Made by a program: the position numbers and the translations under genes. A stretch of 64,000 nucleotides of DNA from a virus. Its lineage: Duplodnaviria; Caudoviricetes. The notes under the pieces are model-generated. The model saw nothing but the letters and a program-made list of their open reading frames with translations, searched no databases and was not told where the DNA came from. Location: positions 1 to 64,000 of the IMG/VR virus record IMGVR_UViG_3300036546_000172; one strand, 5' to 3'. Of this stretch, positions 35,965 through 46,300 are shown piece after piece; within the stretch, counting starts at the first letter, position 1; each line of letters starts with the position of its first letter.

Positions 35965-37694
35965 TGTCAGCAGAACAATTAAATACAACAAGTTTTGATG
36001 CAGTTGAGCTCAAACAAGATCTAATTGATTATTTGAAATCAACTGGAAAGTTTGATGACTTTGATTTTGAAGGCTCAACGATTAATACAATTATTGATCT
36101 TCTTGTAAGGAATGATCATTTTGATGCATTTCTTGCTAATATGCTTGCAAATGAGTCGTTCATTGTTAGTGCACAACTACGTGGTAATGTGATTGCTCAT
36201 GCACAAAAATTATCATACACTCCAAAATCAAAGACTGTATCAAGGTCAATTGTTGATCTAAAAGTTATCCCATCGGATAAAACAGATCTGGAGGATAACA
36301 TTAGTGTTCCTATTAATGCTGTCTTTTTGTCAACAGTTGGTGATCAATCATTCCAATTCGTGACTCTAGATACATACCTGATGACTCTAGATGAAAATAA
36401 TGATTATGTAGTTAATGATGTTACCTTATACCAGGGACAATATATCACAAACAGCTTTGTTCATATTGCTGGTACCCCAATTGTTATCCCAAATAGGAAT
36501 ATAGACACAACAACACTTAAAGTTGTTGTAAATGAAGGTGGTGAGTTCTTTGAATATGAACTTGCGAGTTCAATTAGTGATCTTGGTAAAGATTCTCAAG
36601 TCTATTTCTTGTCTGAAAACTATGAAGGCTTGTATCAAATCGAATTTGGTAGAGACTTGATCAGTAAAGAACCTGTGACAAATTCGGTTGTGTCTCTGTC
36701 TTATATTAATGGAGAAGCTGAGCATGGCAATGGAGCAAGAACATTTATTGCTGGTACAACAATCGGTGATTATGGTAATGTTCAGATTACTACAACTCAA
36801 CCAGGCTACGGTGGTTCTGATAGAGAAGATACAGAGAGTGTTCGATTTCTAGCAACAAAGAATTACCAGGCACAAGATAGGGCATTGACATCATCCGACT
36901 ATTCTGTTTTGATCAAGAAAGAATTCCCATTTGTTGAGTCAATCAAAGTTTGGGGTGGAGAAGAGAATGAACCACCTCAGTACGGTAAAGTCTTTGTCTC
37001 TATCATTTCCGAAGACAATCTAACAAGATCAGTTAAGAACAATATTGTGTCTTATCTGAAATCATATAATGTCGGTTCTATTACACCAGAGATTATTGAT
37101 TCAGATCCAATTCGGTTGGATCTTACTGTCTCATTTGCTGTTGATGCAAAACGAGCAACAAAAACATTTAACCAGTTATCACAAGATATCTCTGGGCTAA
37201 TAACTGAGTTTAGTTCTACATATCTTGAGTCATTCAGCGGCTATTACAATGACTCTAGACTCAGTGATCAGATTATGGCTCTTCGTGGTATTGAAAGCTG
37301 TGATATAACAAAACGAGCAGTGAAGTCCATCCGCAGATTAACATTTAATAACCCAGCATATGACTATAGATTTGATAATGAGATTGTACCGGGTTCATTG
37401 CTTGTTGAAAACATTGAATTCGATTCTTCGGCAACAAATCAGTATCTAGCCGATGATGGAAAAGGTAATATCATTGCTCATAAAACTACAGATTCAGAAC
37501 AAACTGAAGTTATAGGTTCAATAGACTATGCTATCGGGGCTTTATCTTTCACATTAAATATTATCAGCGATACATTAACATTTGATCTTAGTGTGGAGCC
37601 AAAACACGAGAACTTTTACATTTACAATAGCAAATATCTGTTCATTGGAAATACAAAGTTTGAAACCATGGAATTGTTTCCGAATAAGAGATAA
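35964..37694 (+). CDS. gp6: Baseplate wedge subunit
   Basis: FDDFDFEGS, NESF, QDRALT, VWGGEENEPPQYGKVF. Confidence 0.95.
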   Translation: MSAEQLNTTSFDAVELKQDLIDYLKSTGKFDDFDFEGSTINTIIDLLVRNDHFDAFLANMLANESFIVSAQLRGNVIAHAQKLSYTPKSKTVSRSIVDLKVIPSDKTDLEDNISVPINAVFLSTVGDQSFQFVTLDTYLMTLDENNDYVVNDVTLYQGQYITNSFVHIAGTPIVIPNRNIDTTTLKVVVNEGGEFFEYELASSISDLGKDSQVYFLSENYEGLYQIEFGRDLISKEPVTNSVVSLSYINGEAEHGNGARTFIAGTTIGDYGNVQITTTQPGYGGSDREDTESVRFLATKNYQAQDRALTSSDYSVLIKKEFPFVESIKVWGGEENEPPQYGKVFVSIISEDNLTRSVKNNIVSYLKSYNVGSITPEIIDSDPIRLDLTVSFAVDAKRATKTFNQLSQDISGLITEFSSTYLESFSGYYNDSRLSDQIMALRGIESCDITKRAVKSIRRLTFNNPAYDYRFDNEIVPGSLLVENIEFDSSATNQYLADDGKGNIIAHKTTDSEQTEVIGSIDYAIGALSFTLNIISDTLTFDLSVEPKHENFYIYNSKYLFIGNTKFETMELFPNKR

Positions 37695-37696
37695 GT

Positions 37697-39532
37697 ATGA
37701 ACAAGGTTATTACAGCTGATACAATTTACCAGCAATTACCATCTCATATTCTTGAGCAATACCCAAACTTTGTTCAATTTCTAAAAGCATATTATGAATG
37801 GGTATCTAGAGAAGACGGCCCATATGATAGACTTAAGAATCATATGGACTACCTGGATTTCCAGAGATCTATTGATGAGTATATAACAGCGATGAAGTCG
37901 GAATATCTTGTTGATGTTCCCGATTCTGTGTTATTAGATAAAGAACTTTTTATTAAATGGTCTAAGAAATTCAACTTGTCTCGTGGTTCACAAGAATCAT
38001 ACAAGTTCCTATTCAGTATTCTATTTGATGAACAAGATACTGAACTTTACCTACCCAAGGATAATATTCTTAGAACTTCAGATGGAGTCTGGATCAATAA
38101 TGAATCTAGACTACTTTTGACAAATTCTGGTAATCTTAATGAGTTCAGGTTTGCCAGGCTTACACAGAAAAAAGAAGTACTTCCTGGCTTCTTTGAATAC
38201 GCATATGCAAACGTACAGACTGTAAGAAACAGATACTCCGGCGGTTATAATCTTCTAGAGCTTACTGTCTCCGATGTAGAAGGTGACTTTGTTCGAGAGT
38301 TCCCGGTTGTTTCCTCCACTGGTGCCGAAGAGTGGCTAATTGAGACTGCACATGACTTCACGATCAATGCTTTCTGTGAGCAGTGTACTCCTGGCTCCAG
38401 AGTAGATTTTGAAGAGACTCCATTCTACATAGTAGAAAGAGAACTCACATCTGCTAGATTTGATACTAGAGTCACATCATATTTCAATGAAAGTCAAATT
38501 ATCGTAGAAATTAATGGTACATCAACATCTGATTTTGAATTTGATGGTAGGTATATTGACAGTCCATTAATGTCTATTGGTGATACGATTAAGGTGACCT
38601 TCCCTACTTATAAAGGCTATATGATCTTCAATGGCTCTGACATAGAGGTGTTAGAGACTCCAATTGGACTATCTGATGATGCAACATTAACAATTGAAGC
38701 TCCCTATGCTACAATCTTTGATGTTGTTGCACATCCGGGTGCTTCGAGTCCGATTGCTGGATATTATGAAGATAACCGTGGACATTTATCTTCGACGATG
38801 TATCTTCAGGATAGCTTCTATTATCAAGAATATTCATATGCAATAAGAACAAAACAGAATATTGATTCTTATGCTAATACAGTTAAGGATCTGTTGCATC
38901 CGTCCGGCTTTGCAATGTTTGGTTATCTGCGAATTGTGGATATTCTTGAAATTCTCCTTGAGCTTGTGTCTAGTGAATATGACATCTTGCCTTGGGGGAT
39001 AGAGTCAAGGGCAAAATATACTCTTGGTCCGAACTATTCATTCTTGGATAAGTTCAAACATGGGTTGTCTGGTAGACTTTATAATCTTTCACACTTCAAT
39101 GATAAGAATGGAACTGAGTATGAGTATTATGTAGATAATTCTTACATGATAGATCAAGAAGACTATGTTTATACTAAGGTTACATATAATTCAACCTATG
39201 AGCTAATTTATGCTATAGGTGAAGATGGATACGATCTTGAAGACTCATCGATGACAAAAACATTTATTGGTGGATCGTATAATATCAGAGGATATACAAC
39301 ATACCTAGAATTAAATTACATAGATGATCAAAATAAATATTTAATTAATAATGTTCCTATCTATAGACAAGAGACTACCGATGGTAATTGGGTTGTGGAC
39401 AAGAAAGGCTGGATGACCAAGCATTACCTACAAGACTATCATTTGTATCTACCACAAGACTATTCAGAAGAAACAGAAAGCGGCTTCAACTATTTTGAAA
39501 CCGGATATATCACACAGAGGGTACAGCAATAA
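37697..39532 (+). CDS. gp7: Baseplate wedge initiator
   Basis: QLP, FVQFLKAYYEW, LQDSFYYQEYSY, LLHPSGF. Confidence 0.85.
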   Translation: MNKVITADTIYQQLPSHILEQYPNFVQFLKAYYEWVSREDGPYDRLKNHMDYLDFQRSIDEYITAMKSEYLVDVPDSVLLDKELFIKWSKKFNLSRGSQESYKFLFSILFDEQDTELYLPKDNILRTSDGVWINNESRLLLTNSGNLNEFRFARLTQKKEVLPGFFEYAYANVQTVRNRYSGGYNLLELTVSDVEGDFVREFPVVSSTGAEEWLIETAHDFTINAFCEQCTPGSRVDFEETPFYIVERELTSARFDTRVTSYFNESQIIVEINGTSTSDFEFDGRYIDSPLMSIGDTIKVTFPTYKGYMIFNGSDIEVLETPIGLSDDATLTIEAPYATIFDVVAHPGASSPIAGYYEDNRGHLSSTMYLQDSFYYQEYSYAIRTKQNIDSYANTVKDLLHPSGFAMFGYLRIVDILEILLELVSSEYDILPWGIESRAKYTLGPNYSFLDKFKHGLSGRLYNLSHFNDKNGTEYEYYVDNSYMIDQEDYVYTKVTYNSTYELIYAIGEDGYDLEDSSMTKTFIGGSYNIRGYTTYLELNYIDDQNKYLINNVPIYRQETTDGNWVVDKKGWMTKHYLQDYHLYLPQDYSEETESGFNYFETGYITQRVQQ

Positions 39533-41664
39533 TGGCTATTTCCGATTCAACTAAAGTTACTCTTAGATCAGAGACTAATCAACCATTGTCTCACATTGAG
39601 ATGGATGAGAACTTTAAACAAATTAAAAACGTTATCACTGATTCTACAAATAACAGTGATTCAATCCAAGATATTGATGAAAGGTTAGTTACAAGAGAAG
39701 AACAAGTAGATGATCTTATTACTAAGCCGTATACGGTTGCTGCTCTGTCTTCGCTTGGTTATTCTCTTGTGGGTGACTACGCCGCTGGGATCGAAATTAC
39801 CAACTACAACCAGATCGTGCGGGACTCTTCCGGCGAGTTCTGGCGAGTGTCCGGCTCCACTGCGTTGCCGTATACGACCACGGGCGCAGGGCTGCCAGAG
39901 GGCGGGGCGTTTGTGGCGGTTGGGGATGCGGCGTTGCGGCAGGAGCTTGGCAGCAATACGGCAGGCCAAGGCTCCGACCTAATAGCCCACACCGGCACCG
40001 CTGACACGGTGACTGAGGCTCTGGATAAGCGAACCATTTATGTGGGGAGTGTGGCGGAGCTTGAGGGGCTGGATGCCGGTGATTTGGCGGAAGGGCTCAC
40101 TGCCCTTGTGTCTGGTATCCCTTTTGTTTACCGATCAGGGGAGTGGAGGCCGTCAGCCGGAGTGGTGACACCGGAAATCTACGGGGCAGTTGGCGACGGA
40201 GTTGCAGACGATGGCCCAGCTTTTCGTGCGGCAGAAGCGGCGCTATACGAAGTGGGGGGCGGCACAATCAGATGCGCGAAAGACCGTGTGTACGCTGGCG
40301 GTACGGTCGGCACCGCAGGCATCCCTAGCATTCTCCCTTTGAGAAAGAATACTACGTTATACCTCAACGGGAGTGTGCTGAAGACGCACGAAACTGTGAC
40401 ACGCGCGCTCTACAGTTGCGTCGGCTTAATTCGAGCCGTCAATTGTTGGGTTGAGAACGGCACCCTTACAGGTAATAGATACAACCCTCTGGCTGATCTT
40501 GTCGAAGAGGCGGGTCTCGGCATCTCGCTTAACTCGGCAATTGCCTGCGGGGGACGGAACTTGTTATGTAACGAGCATGGCGGCGATGGACTATACTTTG
40601 GCATAGCGTCATATGATGACAATGCCCCATCAGTCGGATGTTATTTTGAGAACATTGAATGTGACGATAATGTTCGTCAGGGCATATCTATAATTGCCCT
40701 TCATTCTTCTGATTTTGTTAATGTTACGCTGTCAAACAGTGCCGGGGGAAGTCTTCAAACTGGCCTTGATATAGAGCCAGACAATAGCAATCAAACTGTT
40801 GTCGGTGTGAAGTTCAAAAACTTGGTGGTTAAAAGCTGTGCTGAAGCGGGCATTGTCATTTCTACTCGTGCAAATACCCCCGCTGAAAGGATTGATGTCA
40901 CATTTGAGAATACGCTGGTTGAAGACTGCCCACTAGGCATCTTCTCGCCTTCATCAGCCATCGACAGTCCAACTGGGTCTGTTGCCTTTTCCGGCCGCAC
41001 TAGAATTAAAAACTCAAGCTCGGCGGGATTGTTTATAACAGCAAATGATAACACAAGGTATGTAATCGATGACCTTGAGATAACAGGCACTAATAACTCA
41101 TACCTCGGGCAATCTGGTGCTGATCCAGAATTGCCGATAAAAAATATCGAGATTGGAGCCCTAAGGGGGGCCGGAAGGTTTCTTATCCGTAGCGGTAGCG
41201 CGGAGGCCAAGAACATAAAAATTCGAGTCACCGAAGACTTCACTGGGACCCTCAGGCTAATTTCGTCGGAGGGTCTGATCGAAAATGTTGACTTTTTAGC
41301 GGATAAATTTGCCAACTGTGTGGCGTACGGTGCGGGGGATCATGTGTATGATCCAATAGATCACCACGTCAATGTTCAATTTTACTGGGGTGAAGCAACA
41401 TACGACATCAGTGCCCTGCCCATTGGATTGTCGGTTACAGTGTACAACGACAGACGATCCCCCGAACGAGGTGGGAATGGGCCTGTTTACATTCTTGCCA
41501 ACACCGTACCTACATACACATTTTCGCCAAGAGAGGTAGGGGGCGTCGAGTTGACGAGATGCGTGCTGAACTCTTACGGGGCGTGGGCGAGAATCAGAAG
41601 AGATCGGGATGGCATTTTTATTGTCGAGGAAGGTTCAGGGTATTCGCTTGACAACCCCGTGTAG
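39532..41664 (+). CDS. Tailspike/depolymerase 2 (beta-helix)
   Basis: Anchor N-terminus; YGAVGDGVADD, GDGLYFG, RQGISI, GLDIEPD; GC-rich body. Confidence 0.9.
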   Translation: MAISDSTKVTLRSETNQPLSHIEMDENFKQIKNVITDSTNNSDSIQDIDERLVTREEQVDDLITKPYTVAALSSLGYSLVGDYAAGIEITNYNQIVRDSSGEFWRVSGSTALPYTTTGAGLPEGGAFVAVGDAALRQELGSNTAGQGSDLIAHTGTADTVTEALDKRTIYVGSVAELEGLDAGDLAEGLTALVSGIPFVYRSGEWRPSAGVVTPEIYGAVGDGVADDGPAFRAAEAALYEVGGGTIRCAKDRVYAGGTVGTAGIPSILPLRKNTTLYLNGSVLKTHETVTRALYSCVGLIRAVNCWVENGTLTGNRYNPLADLVEEAGLGISLNSAIACGGRNLLCNEHGGDGLYFGIASYDDNAPSVGCYFENIECDDNVRQGISIIALHSSDFVNVTLSNSAGGSLQTGLDIEPDNSNQTVVGVKFKNLVVKSCAEAGIVISTRANTPAERIDVTFENTLVEDCPLGIFSPSSAIDSPTGSVAFSGRTRIKNSSSAGLFITANDNTRYVIDDLEITGTNNSYLGQSGADPELPIKNIEIGALRGAGRFLIRSGSAEAKNIKIRVTEDFTGTLRLISSEGLIENVDFLADKFANCVAYGAGDHVYDPIDHHVNVQFYWGEATYDISALPIGLSVTVYNDRRSPERGGNGPVYILANTVPTYTFSPREVGGVELTRCVLNSYGAWARIRRDRDGIFIVEEGSGYSLDNPV
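39769..39951 (+). repeat. 61-aa module shared with tailspike 1 (3007-3189, opposite strand)
   Basis: VGDYAAGIEIT...LRQELG, 53/61 aa identical. Confidence 0.9.
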
Positions 41665-41724
41665 GCCGAAATTCGACCGCAAAGGGCGCGGCCATTACGG
41701 CGCATCTAGGGGCAGGAAATTACC

Positions 41725-41921
41725 ATGAGATACTTCAACCTACAGAGTTTGCCTGTCCCTGCTGCGGAGAGGGCTTTGATCACATGAGCCAGGAGCTGCT
41801 AATCCATCTGGACGCGGCTCGGCACATGGCCGGCGTCCCGTTTGTGATCAATTCGGCACATCGGTGCGAGAAACACAACGCTGATGTGGGTGGCGCTCCG
41901 GGATCAACACAAGTCGCTTGA
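41725..41921 (+). pseudogene. Frameshifted, truncated peptidase M15A-type endolysin
   Basis: MRYF, 1-nt gap, then PTEFACPCCGEGFDHMSQELLIHLDAARHMAGVPFVINSAHRCEKHNADVGGAPGS, then stop. Confidence 0.85.
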
Positions 41922-41976
41922 CTTCTACGCGTTTGTAAAGGGAAGTTTTATTCTCTATCCTATGTGGTTTTTTTAA

Positions 41977-41984
41977 TATAAATA
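41977..41984 (+). promoter_or_regulatory. Late promoter TATAAATA
   Basis: Exact consensus upstream of gp8. Confidence 0.85.
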
Positions 41985-42018
41985 CTTTCAAATATAGAAA
42001 CAAATCGGGATATATGAA

Positions 42019-43338
42019 ATGCCAGCCATAATCACAAACGATCTGAGAATCACAAATGGTGATTACTTTCAGAATGACATCACCAGAATCCCTATGTATG
42101 TGTATTTTGGTGGTACAGAAGAATGGGACGATGAAACAAATCCACCAGACACTGTGGATTCAACAATCGGTCGAATTGACTCCACAAAAGAAATTTTGGG
42201 GCTTAAAAGAGTCTTCAGTAATGATGTAATCTCTGTTTTACCACGAAGAGATTGGCAAGAAGGTTTTGTCTATGATGAATATACTGACAAAGCCAATATC
42301 ATCGATGACAAGAATCCAGAAACCAATGACTTCTATAAGTTTTATGTCGTTACTGATGAGTTCAACGTCTATAAATGTATCTCAAATAATGATCGAAGTC
42401 CATCAACAATTAAACCCACTGGGACAACAATTACATCATTCCAAACGCCGGATGGTTATGTCTGGAAGTACATGTATACGATCACAACTGATGATGCATT
42501 CAAGTACATGACACCAAACTGGATTCCTATCTATTCTATCTATAATGATAACGGATCACAGCAATGGCAAGTTCAAGAATCCGCGGTTCACGGTTCTATT
42601 GAAAATATCAAGGTTCTAGCTGGAGGTGGTGGCTATCTGTCGACCAATCCACCCACTGTTACTATTACAGGTAATGGTACTGGAGCAACGGCTATTGCTC
42701 AAGTTAATGATGTTTCTGGTCAAGTTGAGAGAATCATTATGACTAATGTTGGTGAAGGTTATACTGAAGCTGAGGTTTTGATTAGCGGTGGCAATGGTCT
42801 TGGTGCATCAGCTGAAGCTGTTATGAGCCCAATTGGCGGTCATGGTTCTGATGCCAGACGAGAACTTGGTGCCGTTTTTAAGATGATTCGAGTTGCTATT
42901 GAATCAGATGAGGGTGGTATTCTTCCAATTGGCATAGACTATAGAAAATCAGGCCTTCTTCTTGAACCAAGAACAAACCAATCTGGTGTAAGTCTATTCA
43001 TTAGTGATACGAAACTTTATGATATTGGTGAGACTGTAACAGGTCAGACTTCAGGTGCTTCGGGTGTAATTAAGTCAATTAACGTCTTGAAGAATCAAAT
43101 CTATTTAGAAGGTGTTACTGGCACATTTACACAAGGTGAGTATGTTTCATCACAGCCTTATAATCAAGATGAAGTGCTTATAGCAAAACAAGAAACTACT
43201 CTTCCTATGACTGATCTGGTTGTTAATGGTAATGATTATGCACCAATGACTGGAAGAACCGTATATTTTGCTAATCGAGAAAAGATTACACGGGGTATTA
43301 ATCAAATTGAAGAATTCCGATTCATTATTCAATTTTAA
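42019..43338 (+). CDS. gp8: Baseplate wedge subunit
   Basis: FYVVTDEFNVYKCISN, DGYVWKYMY, GHGSDARRELG. Confidence 0.9.
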   Translation: MPAIITNDLRITNGDYFQNDITRIPMYVYFGGTEEWDDETNPPDTVDSTIGRIDSTKEILGLKRVFSNDVISVLPRRDWQEGFVYDEYTDKANIIDDKNPETNDFYKFYVVTDEFNVYKCISNNDRSPSTIKPTGTTITSFQTPDGYVWKYMYTITTDDAFKYMTPNWIPIYSIYNDNGSQQWQVQESAVHGSIENIKVLAGGGGYLSTNPPTVTITGNGTGATAIAQVNDVSGQVERIIMTNVGEGYTEAEVLISGGNGLGASAEAVMSPIGGHGSDARRELGAVFKMIRVAIESDEGGILPIGIDYRKSGLLLEPRTNQSGVSLFISDTKLYDIGETVTGQTSGASGVIKSINVLKNQIYLEGVTGTFTQGEYVSSQPYNQDEVLIAKQETTLPMTDLVVNGNDYAPMTGRTVYFANREKITRGINQIEEFRFIIQF

Positions 43339-43346
43339 TTGGTGTG

Positions 43347-43354
43347 TATAAATA
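43347..43354 (+). promoter_or_regulatory. Late promoter TATAAATA
   Basis: Exact consensus upstream of the VrlC-like gene. Confidence 0.85.
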
Positions 43355-43391
43355 CCTTGTATACCAACATTGAAATATTAAAGGTTGTTAC

Positions 43392-46300
43392 ATGACTCAA
43401 GTAGATAAGTCAAAGTCTCCATACTATGATGATTACAGCGCTGATAAGAATTATCACGAAATTCTGTTCCGCCCGCGTCGCGCTGTTCAAACTCGTGAGC
43501 TAAACCAAATTCAGTCACAGTTTAAAGAGCAGCTTAGTCGGTTCGGTGATAATATTTTTGAAGACGGGTCTGTTGTAATTCCCGGTGAATCAAATTATGA
43601 TTTAGAATTTAAATATGTCCAAGTTAATATTACTAACTATTCTCAGATTGTTGGTCTTCTTGGTTCACAAAATCTTGAACTAGAAATGGCAAATGGTATC
43701 AGAGCAAAAGTTAAAATGTTTGCTGAACCGGAAGGTGCTGATCCTGCTACTTTCTATATTGAGTATATGGAAGGCTCAAATGATGGGGGTTCAAATAACT
43801 TCCAAGCCGGAGATACTATAACAATTAATTTGGCTGGCAACCAGATTGGACAAGCATCGGTTATTGGTACTGGACTTGGTTCTAAGTTTACACTATCCGC
43901 TGGTGTTTACTATATCAACGGTCGATTTGTTCTTGTCACCACGGAATCTGTTTTACTAGACAAATATAGTAATGCTCCATCAAAAGTTGTTGGTATTCAA
44001 TATGATGAAGTAGTTGTTACTGAGTCTGGTGATAGCAGCCTATTTGATAATGCTCAGGGTACGCCAAACTTCTCTGCTCCTGGTGCACATAGACTCCGTG
44101 TAGATACAAAGCTTGTTGTTTATGATCTGGACAGTTCAGAAACAATCCCAGACAATGTGGTTGAAATCTTCCGAATTAGTAATGGTCAGATTCAGAAGAA
44201 GTATCGCGGACCTGACTATAACATTCTTGGTGATGTTATGGCTCAGAGGACATATGAAGAGTCTGGTGACTACACTGTCAAGTCATTCAATATCGGTTTT
44301 GCTGATTTTGAGGAAGGATTCGGTCTTGAGGATGATAGCAAATTTACTATCCAACTAGATCCGGGTCTTGCTTATGTGCGTGGTTATAGGATTGAGACAA
44401 ACTCCAAGACTAATATTGCGGCAGATAAAGCACGAGATGTTGGTTTAATTAATAACAGTTCTATTTCTGCTGCTTTGGGATATTATGTTGAGGTTGAAAA
44501 TCTCAGTGCTATGCCAAGTGTTGTAAATTTACAATCTCTGAACTTTAAAGATGGTACATCGACTCTACTAGGCACCGCACGGATTCGTTTTATATCTAAT
44601 CCATCAACAAATGTTTACAGATTGTATTTATTTGATGTCCGTGATACGGCAGGTATTAGATCTACAACATTTATCAATAGTGCTGTAACGGTTGATTCTA
44701 CAGATACTGTTACATTTAGTGCTGATTTGATTGAATCAACCATCTACGAAGCAACATTTAACTCTTTGCTATTCCCGATGAACGTAGAGTTTGTCCGTTC
44801 TTTGAATGTTAACAATGGACAATCAGATACTTCATATTCTTCGGTTAAGCAAGTAACAAGTACTGTTGATTCATCGGGTCAAGTTACTTTCACTGCTGGT
44901 GGTAATGAGGTCTTTGTTGGACAAGATGCACGTTTTGCATTTGGCGCGTTCACAGATACAAATGAGTTTGTTGATATTTCTACAAGCTATACTCTTGGTG
45001 GTTCTCCGACTGGTTCATTTATCACCTTGAATCTTGGTTCTGCAAATGCTGGACGACCTGTAAGACTGAATCTTCAGGTAGCCAAGCAAGAGGTTATTCA
45101 AAAGACAAAAACAGTTACCCAGCATACAATCTCTGGTTCGGTTACTAATGGCAGACTGGCTCTCGGTAAGGCCGATGCTTTCCGTATTATCTCTATAACA
45201 GATAATGGGAATAATGATGTAACTAATCTGTTTACACTGGAACCAAATAAAACCAGTTCGTTTTATGGTACATCATACATAGAGACAGGATCATCGGTTT
45301 CCAATCCAGTTACAGTTGTTTTCGAATATTTCTCTCATTCTAGTGGTGATTATTTTGGTCCAGATTCTTATGTTGATCTGGATTATGATGACATTCCAAA
45401 TGAGGGTGGTATTAGATTATCTGATGTTCTGGACTTTAGGCCTAGAATTAATGATGCCGGTACTGGATTTACCGGTGCTGGGTCATCGGTTGGTAATATT
45501 CCGACGCCATTCAGTATTATCAGAACCGACCTTGAGCACTACTTGAAGCGTATTGATAAGGTGTATGTGAATAGTGAAGGTGAATTTGGTGTGGTTAAGG
45601 GTGTTCCTGATCTTGATCCGTCGGCACCAGCTGATCCTGCTGAGTCTATGGTTCTTTATACACTTTATGTTCCACCATATACATTTGATCTCGAAGGTGT
45701 TCAGGCTGAAAAGGTTAATAACCGCAGATATACAATGAAAGATATCGGTAATATTGAGAACCGATTGTCAAACGTTGAATACTATGTTACATTGAATATG
45801 CTTGAACAAGAAACAGAATCCGCCCAAGTAACTGATCCTGTGACTGGTGCAAACCGCTTCAAAAACGGTTTCTTTACAGATCGGTTTATTGATCACGGCT
45901 CTGCTGATTTTGCATGGCCTGGCTATCATGTCGCGATGGATGACGAAGATTCAGAACTTCGTCCTGAATTTTCCATGAATGCTATTGATCTACAGATGAA
46001 TGAGCTCGGATCTTCTAATGTTGTTGTGTCTGATAACATTGTTACATTGCCTTATGAAGAAGTAACATATGTTAAGCAGAATCAACGGTCAAGAACCCTG
46101 AATGTTAACCCATACGCAATCTACAGATGGACTGGTACACTTAAGCTGAATCCTTCTATGGATTCATGGATTGATACACACTATACCAATCCAGATGTGA
46201 CATACAGAGTCTTCAATAATGGTCGTTTGACACAAAGTTGGAAATCTTGGCAGCTTAACTGGACTGGTGGAGTTAATAGCACATCTCGTTCATTTACACG

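Noticed and set aside
3007-39951. Diversity-generating retroelement or invertible tailspike switch based on the shared module
   Set aside because: No reverse transcriptase or recombinase in the window; differences are mostly synonymous, not adenine-specific; copies are too diverged for efficient inversion
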